From Hormiphora californensis (taxonomy: Eukaryota; Animalia; Ctenophora), in the NCBI GenBank assembly GCA_020137815.1, contig CM035362.1, forward strand, positions 2,790,001-2,854,000: a stretch of DNA of 64,000 nucleotides. The letters run 5' to 3'. A program made the position numbers and the translations under genes. Every line of letters begins with the position of its first letter. Positions within the stretch are counted from its first letter, which is position 1. The notes under the pieces are model-generated. The model saw only the letters and a list, made by a program, of their open reading frames with translations. It did no database searches and was not told the DNA's origin. Below are positions 63,955-64,000 of the stretch, one piece after another.

Positions 63955-64000
63955 GTAAGTAGATTGTATTTGAAATTCATGTGTTTACATGAACAGATCA

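Overview
Intron-rich animal genomic DNA, most likely a ctenophore. This is an inference from the protein module at 63150 and the dense nested genes and MITEs. I reconstructed exons by hand from GT-AG sites and phase continuity. Plus strand: a mitochondrial ribosomal S18-family gene (8212-10067) and a GCK-III kinase of the STK24/25/26 family (10916-25358) whose exons 2-5 are present twice. Minus strand: four tandem genes of motile-cilium families, KIF27-like 3' end > ZBBX > LRRC46-like > IQCG/DRC9. The three whose start is visible have a splice acceptor 0-3 nt before the ATG. Each of the four has a large intron hosting a nested gene: a sushi/CCP-domain gene, an MFS transporter, a small secreted triple-repeat protein and a 7xTSP1 receptor. 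The two most striking signals are (i) tandem repeats built from exon-intron junctions themselves, at six kinase junctions and one S18 junction, and (ii) the candidate trans-spliced ciliary operon. The rest is MITEs and foldback elements, decayed LINEs and microsatellites. Stretches 1-7700, 18075-19820 and 21630-22330 look error-rich, and the two internal duplications may be assembly artefacts.
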